A stretch of 64,000 nt of DNA from Candidatus Latescibacterota bacterium. Lineage in GTDB: Bacteria; Latescibacterota; UBA2968; UBA8231. Below the pieces are notes generated by a model. The model was not told the origin of the DNA, made no database searches, and saw nothing but the letters and a program-made list of their open reading frames with translations. A program made the position numbers and the translations under genes. The stretch spans positions 1,184,001 through 1,248,000 of the forward strand of contig OZ220089.1 of NCBI GenBank assembly GCA_964291625.2, given 5' to 3'. Shown here one piece after another: positions 32,502 through 42,500 of the stretch. Within the stretch, counting starts at the first letter, position 1, and the number at the start of each line of letters is the position of its first letter.

Positions 32502-34271
32502 ATGACTGAACAGACGATCGAAAGCCATGATATCACTGTTACCAGTGTATTTCAGGCCTTTTACGCAGTGCCTGACTACCAGCGCGAGTACGTCTGGGAG
32601 ACCGAGCAGGTAGAGCAACTCCTAACCGACATCAACGCCGAACTCGCCGGTAACGATTCCGCCAGAGCATCCGAGTACTTCATCGGGAGCATCGTCGTTT
32701 GCCCGGGAAGAGACGGCGTCTTCGAACTGATCGATGGACAGCAACGCATGACTACGCTTTACCTGACGCTGTGCGCCATTCGCGACCGAGCAAAGGAACT
32801 CGGAGAAAAGCCTCCTGGTTCCCTCGATTCTCTGATTTCGGCAACATGGACCGATGCCTCTGGAGAGGATCACTTTCGGTTTCGCCTTGAACTTCAATAC
32901 GAAGACAGTGGGGACATCCTGTTGCGCATCGCTCAGTGTACGCTCGATGGAGAGGAAACGTCCACACGTTCGATCGAAAACATCCGCAATGCCTACAGAG
33001 TAACGGGCGACTTTCTGAAGCGGGAGTTTGGGGAAGACGCAGCAGCGCTAAGAATCTTCTACGGATACCTGATCAACAAGGTTAAGCTGATCCGCATTCG
33101 GACGAAGGATGTCGCCAAAGCTCTGAAGATCTTTGAGACCATCAACGACCGTGGCGTCGGCCTCGACTCTATGGATCTTCTGAAGAACCTGCTCTTCATG
33201 AAAGCTGACCGCGACCAGTTCGAAAAGCTCAGGGTCGATTGGAAGGAGCTACAGGACGTCATATTTGAAATGCGGGAGAAACCGCTCCGCTTTCTCCGCT
33301 ACTTTATCTTCAGCCACTATGACGTCGATGTCCTACGCGAAGACGAGATCTACGGTTGGTTTGCAGAGAACGAGGAGATGTGCGGGTATGCTGCAGACCC
33401 CCTTGCTTTCGCAAAGGAGCTTCTCCGATCTGCCCGAGCCTACCGAAATTTCTTGGCCGGTCAAGATGAGAACGGTTCAAAGAACCCACACCTCGAGAAC
33501 ATGCAACTGCTCGGAGGAAGAGCCGCCCGGCAGCACTTGATCCTGCTGCTAGCTGGTCGCCACCTTAGAGACAGCCTGTTTGATCAGCTTTCCCGTGAAG
33601 TGGAGGATCTGTTCTTTGTGTACGTCATTACACGTGAGCCGACCCGGGACTTCGAGAGGGAATTCGTTCGATGGGCAGAGGAGTTGAGGAGAATCCACAC
33701 GGAGGCTGAGTTAGAGGACTTCATTGCCCATCGCTTCGCGGCTTCAAAGGCTGATCTCTCAATCCGCTTCGACGATGCAATGAAGCGTCTCCATGTCGGT
33801 TACGTACAGCAGTATCGCTTGCGTTACATCTTGGCAAAGCTGACACAGCACATCGAACTGCGGGCCTTTGGCGAAACTGAGGGTACGCGATGGCTGAGCC
33901 GGTTCACGGGAAGCGGTTTTCAGATCGAGCACATCTTCCCTGGTCAGCCAAGCGAAGAAGCGGCAGTAGAGTTTGGAGAGGTGGAAGATCCAGAAGTTAC
34001 CGAATTATTGGGGAACCTGGTCTTGGTTGAGGGATCGATCAACGCCTCCCTCGGCAATCGGCCCTATTCCCGAAAGCGGAAAGTATATCGGCAGTCCCAA
34101 CTCCTCTTGACTAGGTCTCTCGCCGAGCTGCCGCAGGTCGGGGCAAACACCAGAATCGATGCTGCTGTGGCAGGACTCCAGCCTTTTTCGGAGTGGAACC
34201 ATGCGGCCGTGACCAAGCGTCAAGAAGAGCTTGTGAAACTAGCACGGGAGGTCTGGCACTTGGACCAGTAG
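32502..34271 (+). CDS. GmrSD-like DUF262 + DUF1524 (HNH) type IV restriction protein
   Basis: VPDYQREYVW, YFIGSIV, IDGQQRMTT, IFETINDRG, IEHIFP, LGNLVL...N; lower GC. Confidence 0.9.
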   Translation: MTEQTIESHDITVTSVFQAFYAVPDYQREYVWETEQVEQLLTDINAELAGNDSARASEYFIGSIVVCPGRDGVFELIDGQQRMTTLYLTLCAIRDRAKELGEKPPGSLDSLISATWTDASGEDHFRFRLELQYEDSGDILLRIAQCTLDGEETSTRSIENIRNAYRVTGDFLKREFGEDAAALRIFYGYLINKVKLIRIRTKDVAKALKIFETINDRGVGLDSMDLLKNLLFMKADRDQFEKLRVDWKELQDVIFEMREKPLRFLRYFIFSHYDVDVLREDEIYGWFAENEEMCGYAADPLAFAKELLRSARAYRNFLAGQDENGSKNPHLENMQLLGGRAARQHLILLLAGRHLRDSLFDQLSREVEDLFFVYVITREPTRDFEREFVRWAEELRRIHTEAELEDFIAHRFAASKADLSIRFDDAMKRLHVGYVQQYRLRYILAKLTQHIELRAFGETEGTRWLSRFTGSGFQIEHIFPGQPSEEAAVEFGEVEDPEVTELLGNLVLVEGSINASLGNRPYSRKRKVYRQSQLLLTRSLAELPQVGANTRIDAAVAGLQPFSEWNHAAVTKRQEELVKLAREVWHLDQ

Positions 34272-34340
34272 CAGCCTGGAAGCTCGGGCACATGATTCCG
34301 AGTGGCTACCGCAACCAGTGCTGTGTCCCAGATGCCCCCC

Positions 34341-35330
34341 TCACCCATACACCACCTCCACCAGCGCCCGGATGTACCCGATCGCATACGCCTTCCCATG
34401 CAACGCCCCGAACCCCTCCCCGATCGCCGGCGTATGGTCCACCATGTAGGGCCCCTCAAACCCGTTGTCCCGGTACACCTCCATCGCCCGGCGCATGTCG
34501 ACCTCGCCTTCATCGATGAACACCTCCGTAAACTGCGGCAACTGCCCCCGCACGTTCCGGAAGTGGACCCAGGCGATCTTTTCGGCTGAGGCCATCTCGG
34601 CGATGGCGGCGTAGACCTTCTCCGGGCCCAGCAGCTCGGTCATGCAGCCCTGGCAGAAGAGCATGGAGTTGCTCGGGCTGGGGGCGATCTCGAAGAAGAT
34701 CCGGCGGAACTGCTCGAGGGTGGAGCAGATCTGGGCCACGCCGCCCAGGGGCTCGGGGATCGGGGGGTCGTCGGGGTGCAGGGCCAGGCGCACGCCGGCC
34801 TTCTCGGCGGCGGGGACGGCCGCGGCGAGGAAGCGCTCCATGCGCTCCCACATCTGGGCCTCGTCCACGGGGGGATCGTGCGGCTCGGGGCGGTCCCGGT
34901 CGAAGACGGCGTAGTCGAAGGTGCTGTATCTCGCGCCTCCTCTCCCGACATCGGAGGGGGTGCGGAAGTTGCCCATGGGCTTGAAGTTCCAGCCGACGCA
35001 GGGGATGCCGGCGCGGCCCACGCTCTCCACCATGCGGCACCAGTGGCCGATCTTCTCGTCCATGTCCTCCCGGGCCAGGGTGATCTCCTCCCAGGCGGGC
35101 ATGAAGATGTTGTTCAGCTTCAGGCCGTGGGCCTCGACCTTCTCCCGCGCCCGGGCCAGGGCGTCGGTGCAGTCCTTGCCGGCTCTCAGGTCCTGGGCCA
35201 GCGAGGTATCGGCCGCGTTGGCCACGCCGCCGCGCAGGTCCAGGTGGATGGAGTCGACGCCGATGGCGCGGAAGAAACCCAGGTGTCCGGTGTCGAGCTG
35301 GTCGACGGAGACCTGGTCCTGGATGTACAT
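34341..35330 (-). CDS. uxuA: Mannonate dehydratase family
   Basis: AEKAGVRLALHPDDPP, FCQGC, VHFRNVRG, EVFIDEGEVDM, DHTP, AYAIGYIRAL. Confidence 0.85.
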   Translation of the reverse strand: MYIQDQVSVDQLDTGHLGFFRAIGVDSIHLDLRGGVANAADTSLAQDLRAGKDCTDALARAREKVEAHGLKLNNIFMPAWEEITLAREDMDEKIGHWCRMVESVGRAGIPCVGWNFKPMGNFRTPSDVGRGGARYSTFDYAVFDRDRPEPHDPPVDEAQMWERMERFLAAAVPAAEKAGVRLALHPDDPPIPEPLGGVAQICSTLEQFRRIFFEIAPSPSNSMLFCQGCMTELLGPEKVYAAIAEMASAEKIAWVHFRNVRGQLPQFTEVFIDEGEVDMRRAMEVYRDNGFEGPYMVDHTPAIGEGFGALHGKAYAIGYIRALVEVVYG

Positions 35331-36235
35331 CACGCCACCGGGCGGTCGCGCTGGTTCTGCCCTCCGTAGCGGTAGCCGGGCAGGTTGTCGGCACACCAGG
35401 TCTCGCGGAAGAGGGTCCGGCGCATGGGCGGCATCTGCTCGACGAGCTCATCCGGCGGCGACCACGAGCTCCACCGGGAGCCGACGCTGTTGTAGAGGTT
35501 GAAGACGCCCACCCGCTCGTTGTCCGCATTCGTCCACGGCGAGGTGCTGTGGGCCAGGGCCTCGGTGAAGAACAGGACCGACCCGGCGGGGCACTCGTAG
35601 GTCTCCCACAGAGCCGAGTTCGGGTCCTGGATGGCAGCGCCCCCGGGGTAGGCGGCCTTGTGGCTTCCCGTGGCCAGGAGCGTGCCGCCCTGCCCCATCT
35701 TGACCGGGGTCAGCTCCCACACGACGCGGGTCAGGCCGCTGAAGGACTTGCCGGGAATGCTCTGGTAGTGGTGGGAGTCGACGGCGAAGCGGAAGAAGCC
35801 GCTGCCGTTGTGGGGGTTGAAGGCGCCCTGCCGCTCGGGCGTGGCCGCGGGGTTGCGCAGGTGGGCGCCCTCCATGCGGAACCCGTAGCACTCCGAGCTG
35901 GACAGGCCCGGGAAGGCGAGGAACTCGTTGAGGAAGCCCACCACCACCGGGTGGTCGGTGAGCTTCTCCAGCGGTCCGGCCACGTAGGAACGCTCGTGCT
36001 CCGCCAGCGACTCCGGCTGGTTCGTCACTCGCAATGCGTACTCGCGCATCGCCTCGATCTCGTCGTCGGCCAGCACCCCGGGCACCAGCAGCCACCCCCG
36101 GACATCGAAGAGGTACTTCTGCTCGTCCGTCAGCTCGACCACGGGCTCGCCGTCGGCGTTGTGAGTCGGCAGGTCGCCTTCTTCCACCACCAGCGGCTGC
36201 CCCAGGTTCTTGTCCACCACGTAGGCTTCGGTCAT
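35330..36235 (-). CDS. PhyH-family dioxygenase
   Basis: EQKYLFDVRGWL, PHNG, VVWELT, GGT...GSHKA, AGSVLFFTEALAH; ATG 36235 after GGAGG; stop overlaps uxuA start. Confidence 0.82.
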   Translation of the reverse strand: MTEAYVVDKNLGQPLVVEEGDLPTHNADGEPVVELTDEQKYLFDVRGWLLVPGVLADDEIEAMREYALRVTNQPESLAEHERSYVAGPLEKLTDHPVVVGFLNEFLAFPGLSSSECYGFRMEGAHLRNPAATPERQGAFNPHNGSGFFRFAVDSHHYQSIPGKSFSGLTRVVWELTPVKMGQGGTLLATGSHKAAYPGGAAIQDPNSALWETYECPAGSVLFFTEALAHSTSPWTNADNERVGVFNLYNSVGSRWSSWSPPDELVEQMPPMRRTLFRETWCADNLPGYRYGGQNQRDRPVA

Positions 36236-36258
36236 CCTCCAACATCCCCTTTCGTGAG

Positions 36259-37368
36259 TCAGAACGTGATACGCAACAGCTCCACGGGAATCCCGGTCAG
36301 GCCCATGGCCGCCCATTGGTCCAGCGAAGGCACTGAGATCGAGACCCGGTCCGGCCCGGGGGTCTGGTCGCGTGTGAAACCGTGGGAATACCAGATGCCG
36401 GCGGCCGACCCGAGGATGTTCCCGAGGACGTAGGGCTGGTGCTCCTCCGAGTCGGTCAGCAACGCAACGCCGGTGCCGAAGAGGCTTCCCACGTAGGCGC
36501 CGAGGATGATCCATCTTGCGCGGCCGGGCGTGTACTCCTCCTCGCCCGTCCACCGGTGACCGAGGTAGGTCCCCAGGGGCGCGCCGACCATGGCGGCCAG
36601 GACATGGGCCCGCGGATTCTCCACGTCGCCGAGGCTGAGGACGCCGCTCGCATAGCCGGCGCCGACGACTCCCCCCAGGGAGAGCAGATGGGCCCGGCCC
36701 TGGCTGAGCGATCGGCCGCGCAACCATTCGGTGGTCGCCCACACACCCGCGGGCGTAGCCACCATGGCGGAGGCGACGTAGATGCGGGCCTGGGTCCACT
36801 CGTCGAGATCTTCGATGTCGAGGAGATAGGGAATGGCGACGCCGTAGAGCCCGCCGGTCACGCCGCCGGCGATCATCAGGTCCGTCTCGCCCCTCTCGAA
36901 CCAGCGGTGGGAGCTGAGTCCGTAGGCGAGCAGTCCGCCGGCCGGGGTGCCGATCATGGCGGCGGCCCAGTAGGCCTTGTCGTTCTCCGACTTGAAGAGC
37001 ACGGGGACGCCAAGTCCGTAGAGGGTGCCGGCCCAGCTGCCGCCGAGGATCAGGAGGGAACGTCCGGCGCCGAGCCGGTAGTCGCGGGTGCCCTCGAGGG
37101 CCCAGAAGAACGAGCCGCCGCCGATCAGCATCTGCAGTCCGGCCACCCGGCGCTCGGACTCGACGTCGAGCAGCTGGATCGTCCCCGGCCCGTACAGGCT
37201 GAACCCGTAGATCGTCGCCCAGGTCACCATCCCCCGGCGGCCGGACCGCCGGTCGTCGGGGCCGGCCTGTTGCTCACCGGGACCGCCGGCATGCGCCTCG
37301 GCCGGAAGTCCGAGGAGGGCGAGACTCAGCGCCCAGGAGAGGGCCCAGGTGGTCGTTGTGTGTCTCAT
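36259..37368 (-). CDS. Hypothetical exported/membrane protein with repeated Gly-rich hydrophobic helical hairpins
   Basis: Signal peptide ending AEA/AHA; four ~60-aa repeats of the form GR..L...GG..G..YG...AM.G.P.G. Confidence 0.75.
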   Translation of the reverse strand: MRHTTTTWALSWALSLALLGLPAEAHAGGPGEQQAGPDDRRSGRRGMVTWATIYGFSLYGPGTIQLLDVESERRVAGLQMLIGGGSFFWALEGTRDYRLGAGRSLLILGGSWAGTLYGLGVPVLFKSENDKAYWAAAMIGTPAGGLLAYGLSSHRWFERGETDLMIAGGVTGGLYGVAIPYLLDIEDLDEWTQARIYVASAMVATPAGVWATTEWLRGRSLSQGRAHLLSLGGVVGAGYASGVLSLGDVENPRAHVLAAMVGAPLGTYLGHRWTGEEEYTPGRARWIILGAYVGSLFGTGVALLTDSEEHQPYVLGNILGSAAGIWYSHGFTRDQTPGPDRVSISVPSLDQWAAMGLTGIPVELLRITF

Positions 37369-37472
37369 GGGAGGTCCGGCTATCTTCGACGGTCGGCCAA
37401 GAGGCTGAATTAAACCGCCCCGCGTCCCGGGGAGAAAGTCCGGTCCGGCCGGTATTCCCGCCAGGAAAGCAC

Positions 37473-39578
37473 ATGGCCATTCCCAGACTCTTCCAACCCG
37501 TTCCCGACCTCGACGACCGAGAGCGCCGGCGCGGGCTGGGCCACATGACCCGCCAGGCCATCTGGGCGTCCGGGGCCGACGGCCTGGCCTCCGGCGGGTT
37601 CCTCGCCTCCTTCGCCCTGATCCTCGGCGCGTCCAACTTCCACATCGGCATCATGACGGCGATCCCCTTCGCCATGCAGCCCCTGCAACTGGTGGCCATC
37701 CTCGCCGTCGAGCGCCTGCGCCTGCGCAAGGCCGTGGCCGTCACCGCCTACTTCGTCACCTACGCCACGTGGGTCCCCATCGCCCTGCTCCCCTTCCTCT
37801 TCGAGGTGCCCGGCGCCGCGGCGGTTACCCTCATGCTCGTCTTCATCGGGCTCCGAGGCGCGGGCAACGCCTTCGTGAGCCCGAGCTGGAACGGCTGGCT
37901 CCGCGACCTCGTGCCGCAGGACCTCATGGGCGGGTTCTTCGCCCGGCGCCTGCGGGTGGCGACGATCGCCTCGGCCACCGCGGGGATCATCGCGGCCCTC
38001 TACATCGACTGGTGGAAGAGCTCCGGGCCGAGCGGCGAGGTCTTCGCCTATTCCTACGCCATGCTCTTCGGCAGCGTCGTGCTCGGCTTCGGGGCCGTCG
38101 GCTTCATGGCGCGCATGCCGGAGCCGCGGATGGTCGTCCCCGAAGGCGGCCGCCCCTCGGTGCTCGGCACCCTCGGGGCCCCCTTCCGCGACCGGAACTT
38201 CCGGCAGTTGATCCGCTTCCTGTTCCTCTGGAACTTCGTCGCCCACCTGGCGGTACCCTTCTTCACCGTCTACATGCTGACGAAGCTCGGCATGAGCCTG
38301 ACCTGGGTCGTGGGGCTGGGGGTGCTGAGCCAGGTCGCCAACGTCCTCTTCCTGCGGGTCTGGGGACCCCTCGTCGATCAGTTCGGCAGCAAGGCGGTCC
38401 TCTCCCTGTGCTCGTCCCTCTACTTCCTCGTCATCCTCGGCTGGACCTTCACCACCCTGCCCGAGAAGCACGCCTTCACCGTGCCCCTCCTCGTGGCCCT
38501 GCACATGCTCATGGGGATCGCCAGCGCCGGCATCAACATCGCCACGACGACGATCCGCATGAAGATGGCCCCCCGGGCCCAGGCCATGTCCTACCTGACG
38601 GCCGCCTCCCTGGCCTCCAGTGTCGGGGCGGGCGTCAGCCCGCTGCTCGGCGGCGCCTTCGCCGACTTCTTCAGCGTCCGTCACCTCGAGATCGCGGTGC
38701 AGTGGGTCGATCCGGTCCGCACCGTCGGTTTCCCCGCCGTCTTTCTCACCGGCTTCGACTTCCTCTTCGCCATCGCCTTCGTCCTCGGCCTCGTCACCCT
38801 CGGCGTGCTGGCCGGCCTGCGGGAGGAGGGCGAAGCGGAGAGCAAGGTGGTGATGGACGAGCTTGCGTCGCAGACCCGCCAGAACCTGCGGGTGCTGAAC
38901 TCGGTCCCGGGCCTGAGCTTCGTGGCCAACCTGCCGGTGGCGTCGCTGCGGCGGCTGCCGCCCATCCCCGGGCTCGACGTGGCCGTCGGCGTCACCGCCC
39001 ACCAGCTCTCCTCGACGATCAAGGCGGCCCTGGAGGGACTCGACTACGGACAGATGCGGGCCGGCGAGCTGACGGTGCGCGTCCGGCAGGGGGTGGAGGA
39101 AGCCGCCGGCGCGGTGGAGCAGATCGGCCGCCAGGGCGCCGAGGTGGCCACGGGCGCCACCGAAGGAGCGATGTGGGCGGCGGCGGACCTGACGATGGAA
39201 GTTGGACGCGCGGCGGAGGAGGCGATGCAGGGAACCATGGAAGCCCTCGCCCGGACCGCGGCCGATCCCCTCGACGCGCTGCGCGGCGCCATGCACGGCG
39301 TTATCCAGGGGGCGAGCGAGACCGGACTGCACGTGGGCCAGGCCGTCAGACACGCCGTCAAGGCGGCGCGCGGGGCGGCCGCCAACCTCGGCCTTTCGGA
39401 GCAGCAGGCGGGGAAGACGGCGGCCCGGGCCGCGGTGGAATCGGCCGCGCACCTCGGCCGGGAGACGGAGACCGAGGTCGCCGACGCCGTCCTGCAGGAG
39501 CTGATGGAGGATCCCGGCGCGCGCTCCGCCGGGGAGAGGGCCTCCGGCGATCGCCCGCAAGGGAGCCCCGGCCGGTGA
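37473..39578 (+). CDS. MFS transporter with long Ala-rich soluble C-terminal extension
   Basis: ~12 TM helices, WLRDLVP...GGFFARR, FRDRNFR, WGPLVDQFGSK; AGGAAAG before ATG 37473. Confidence 0.85.
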   Translation: MAIPRLFQPVPDLDDRERRRGLGHMTRQAIWASGADGLASGGFLASFALILGASNFHIGIMTAIPFAMQPLQLVAILAVERLRLRKAVAVTAYFVTYATWVPIALLPFLFEVPGAAAVTLMLVFIGLRGAGNAFVSPSWNGWLRDLVPQDLMGGFFARRLRVATIASATAGIIAALYIDWWKSSGPSGEVFAYSYAMLFGSVVLGFGAVGFMARMPEPRMVVPEGGRPSVLGTLGAPFRDRNFRQLIRFLFLWNFVAHLAVPFFTVYMLTKLGMSLTWVVGLGVLSQVANVLFLRVWGPLVDQFGSKAVLSLCSSLYFLVILGWTFTTLPEKHAFTVPLLVALHMLMGIASAGINIATTTIRMKMAPRAQAMSYLTAASLASSVGAGVSPLLGGAFADFFSVRHLEIAVQWVDPVRTVGFPAVFLTGFDFLFAIAFVLGLVTLGVLAGLREEGEAESKVVMDELASQTRQNLRVLNSVPGLSFVANLPVASLRRLPPIPGLDVAVGVTAHQLSSTIKAALEGLDYGQMRAGELTVRVRQGVEEAAGAVEQIGRQGAEVATGATEGAMWAAADLTMEVGRAAEEAMQGTMEALARTAADPLDALRGAMHGVIQGASETGLHVGQAVRHAVKAARGAAANLGLSEQQAGKTAARAAVESAAHLGRETETEVADAVLQELMEDPGARSAGERASGDRPQGSPGR

Positions 39579-39595
39579 GGTCCGCGCGGAAGCTG

Positions 39596-42500
39596 ATGCG
39601 GCTGTCCCTCCCGGCGGCCCTGCTGCTGCTCAACCCTCTGCGGGTGGAGGCGGAGGAAGTCTCGCGGGACCACTTCCCCGGCATCGTTCTGGACGAGCCC
39701 ATACCCACCAGCTTCGAGACGGGGCAGGCCCTCTCCCTGTCGGGGCGCGTGGAGGATGACGGCATCGGCCTCGTGAGCTTCTCCTTCCGGCGCGCCGACG
39801 GCGGCAGGCAACTTTTCTGGGCCTGGGTCGTCGAGGGCCGCTTCGAGCGGGAAGTCGTCTTCCCCCACAGCGCGGCGGGAGAATTCGATCTGGTGGTCGA
39901 GGCCGACAAGGGCGAGGAGAGCCTGTCCCTGCTGGGACGGTTCGACGGCCTGCGGATCGACCGGGGCCGGGGAGCGATCGCGCTCCCCCGGCGCTACTTC
40001 CCCCTCGTGAACCTCGACCAGCCGCTGCCGACCCGCCTTGCCACCGGCGAGGCCCTGCACGTGGCCGGGACGCTGGAGGGAACTTCGGCGCCGGCGCACC
40101 TCCTCCTCCTGGTGGGGTCCGATGAGGAGACGTACTGGACATTCCAGTTCCTCGTCGAGGAAGGCCGGTTCGAGCGCACCATCGTCCTGCCGCGGGCAGC
40201 GGAGGACGCCTTCTACCTGGTCCTGTACCTCCTGCCGCCGGACGAGGACCCGGTAGCCCTGGATGGGTACTCCCACCTGGACATCACGGGCGGGGCCGAG
40301 CCGGTCGAGATCCCCAGGCTCTTCTTCAGCGGGATCGAGCTGGATCAGCCCCAGCCGGTGCGGTGGCCGGTGCGCAGACCCGTCCTCCTGGCGGGTGAGG
40401 TCCGTCCCTTCGTGCGCTCGTTCTGGCTGGTTCTGGAGCCGCTCGGCAGCGGCGGGCGCCGCCTGATCTTTCCCGGAGTGGAGGAAGGACGCTTCCGCTT
40501 TTCCGTGCTGCTGAGGGCGCACGAGAGCGGCCCGGTGCGTCTGAGCGTGATGCTCCAACTGCGGGACTACACGGTCTGGCCCGCCGGGGAGATCGTCATC
40601 GAGGGAGTCGCCGCACCCCTCCCGGACCTGGAGGTAGGGGTGCTGGCCCTGTCCCTGCTGGCCGGCGGCCAGGGCCGGGTCCCCCTGCTCAACCGGGGAG
40701 GCGCCGCCGTCGAGCTGGAAGCGCCGGAGGTGGAAGGGCCCTTCGAGGTCGAGGACCATCCCTCCACGCTGGCGCCCGGCGAGGCCGGGGAGATCGTGCT
40801 GAACTACGGAGGCTCGGGCGGAGACCAGGGTCTGCTGACCCTGGTCAGCGACGATCCCCTGCGGCCCCGGGTCTCGATCGCCCTCTCGGGGCTGGAGCCC
40901 CGGGAAGCGGCCTCCGACCTGGTGCATCTGCGGGCCGACGCCTCGGGTCGCATCGAGGCCGGCGCCGATCTCGAGGAGCGGGACCTCGTCCTCGCCCTCT
41001 ACGCGGCGCCGACAGGGCGCTTCGATCCGTCGAGGGCGTACGACGTCTCCCTCGACGGCTCGACGGCCCTGGCCCGGCCGGCGGTGGGCGCGCGGCCCGA
41101 CCGCCGGGACTCCGTCGACTACCGGGCGCGGCAGCTCGAGCGGACCCTGTCCCTGCGGATGCAGCAGCAGGGGCGGCCGGCGGCCAAGCCGGCGGCGGTG
41201 CACTACGAGGTCGGGGACAGCCGTGATTTCCGCTTCACCGGCGAGGGCCGGGTCCCGACGCACTCCTTCAGGGCGACGGCGGCAGCGGTCAACGATCTCG
41301 TCGTGGCCTGGATCCAGGACGACCTGCGGGAGGACGACGACAACATCGACGCGGGGCGGATGCAGGCGATCATCGACCAGTTCGCCGAGGACTACCCCCT
41401 CGTGGTGGAGACCTTCGGCGCCCCTTCCGACGTCGATGGAGACGGCCGGATCGCCGTCCTCGTCACCCACCTGATGCAGGATGTCGGCGCCGGCGGGCAG
41501 TTCCGCGCCTCCTCGCTGGTGCCCCGACGCGCGGGGGGAGACGGCAACGTGACCGATCTGCTCTGGACGAACCCGCTCGTTCCCGAGGAGTCCTACCGCT
41601 CCCTGCTGGCCCACGAGTTCCAGCACCTGATCAACTTCAACCAGCACGTCCTCGTGCGGCAGGGACTCAGCGAGGCCTCCTGGCTCAACGAGGGTCTGTC
41701 GCACCTGGCCGAGGACCTGGTGGAGGAGCCGCCGAACGACAACTATCAGCTCGTGCGGATCTTCCTCAGCGAGCCGGGCGCGGTGGGGCTGAGCAGGGGC
41801 ATGCTCACCCTGGCCACCCGCGGGGCGGCCTATCTCTTCGTGCGCAGCCTGGTCGACCTGCTGGGCGAGGGGGTGCTGCTGCGCCTGGTGCAGACCGACC
41901 GGGTGGACCGCGAGAACGTCGAGGCCGCCACCGGCGAGAGCTTCGCCGACCTGATGGCCCGCTGGGGGGCCCAGCTCTACGTCAGCGGCACCGGCCTGAG
42001 CGGCCATCCGAGACTCAACTACAGCGTCCCCTCCCTGCGGCCCCCGGAAGGGAGAGGGTTTCCCCTGCCGGTCCCGGTGACCTGGCGCTGGGGCGAGGAG
42101 CCGCCGGGGCTGGGGGTCCGGCCCTGGGGCCTGCAGTTCCTCCGCGTCACCGGCGACGGCCGCGGCACCCTGAGCCTGCAGACCGAGCCGAGGGCCCGCC
42201 TTGGGGCGGTGCCGCTACGGGTGCCCAGGTCCGCGCCGGACGCATCGATGGCCGCGGACCACTTCGCCGGGATCACCCTCGACTCGACGCCGCTCCTGGA
42301 GCTGGCCACGGGAGAGCCCCTGCTCTTCGAGGGGACCACCGCCGACACCGTCGAGACCATCCACCTGGAGTTCGTCCCCGAGGAGGGCGGCGAGCCGCAG
42401 ACCTTCTTCCTACTCGTCGACGAGGGGCGGTTCGCGCGGACCGTCTTCTTCCGCCACGACGAGGCCGGCAGCTACTCCCTCAACGTCTACGTGGTGGAGC

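Noticed and set aside
37769-39595. 1812-aa ORF suggesting a giant protein
   Set aside because: The first ~600 codons are an off-frame shadow of the MFS gene; the real protein starts with a signal peptide at 39575/39596
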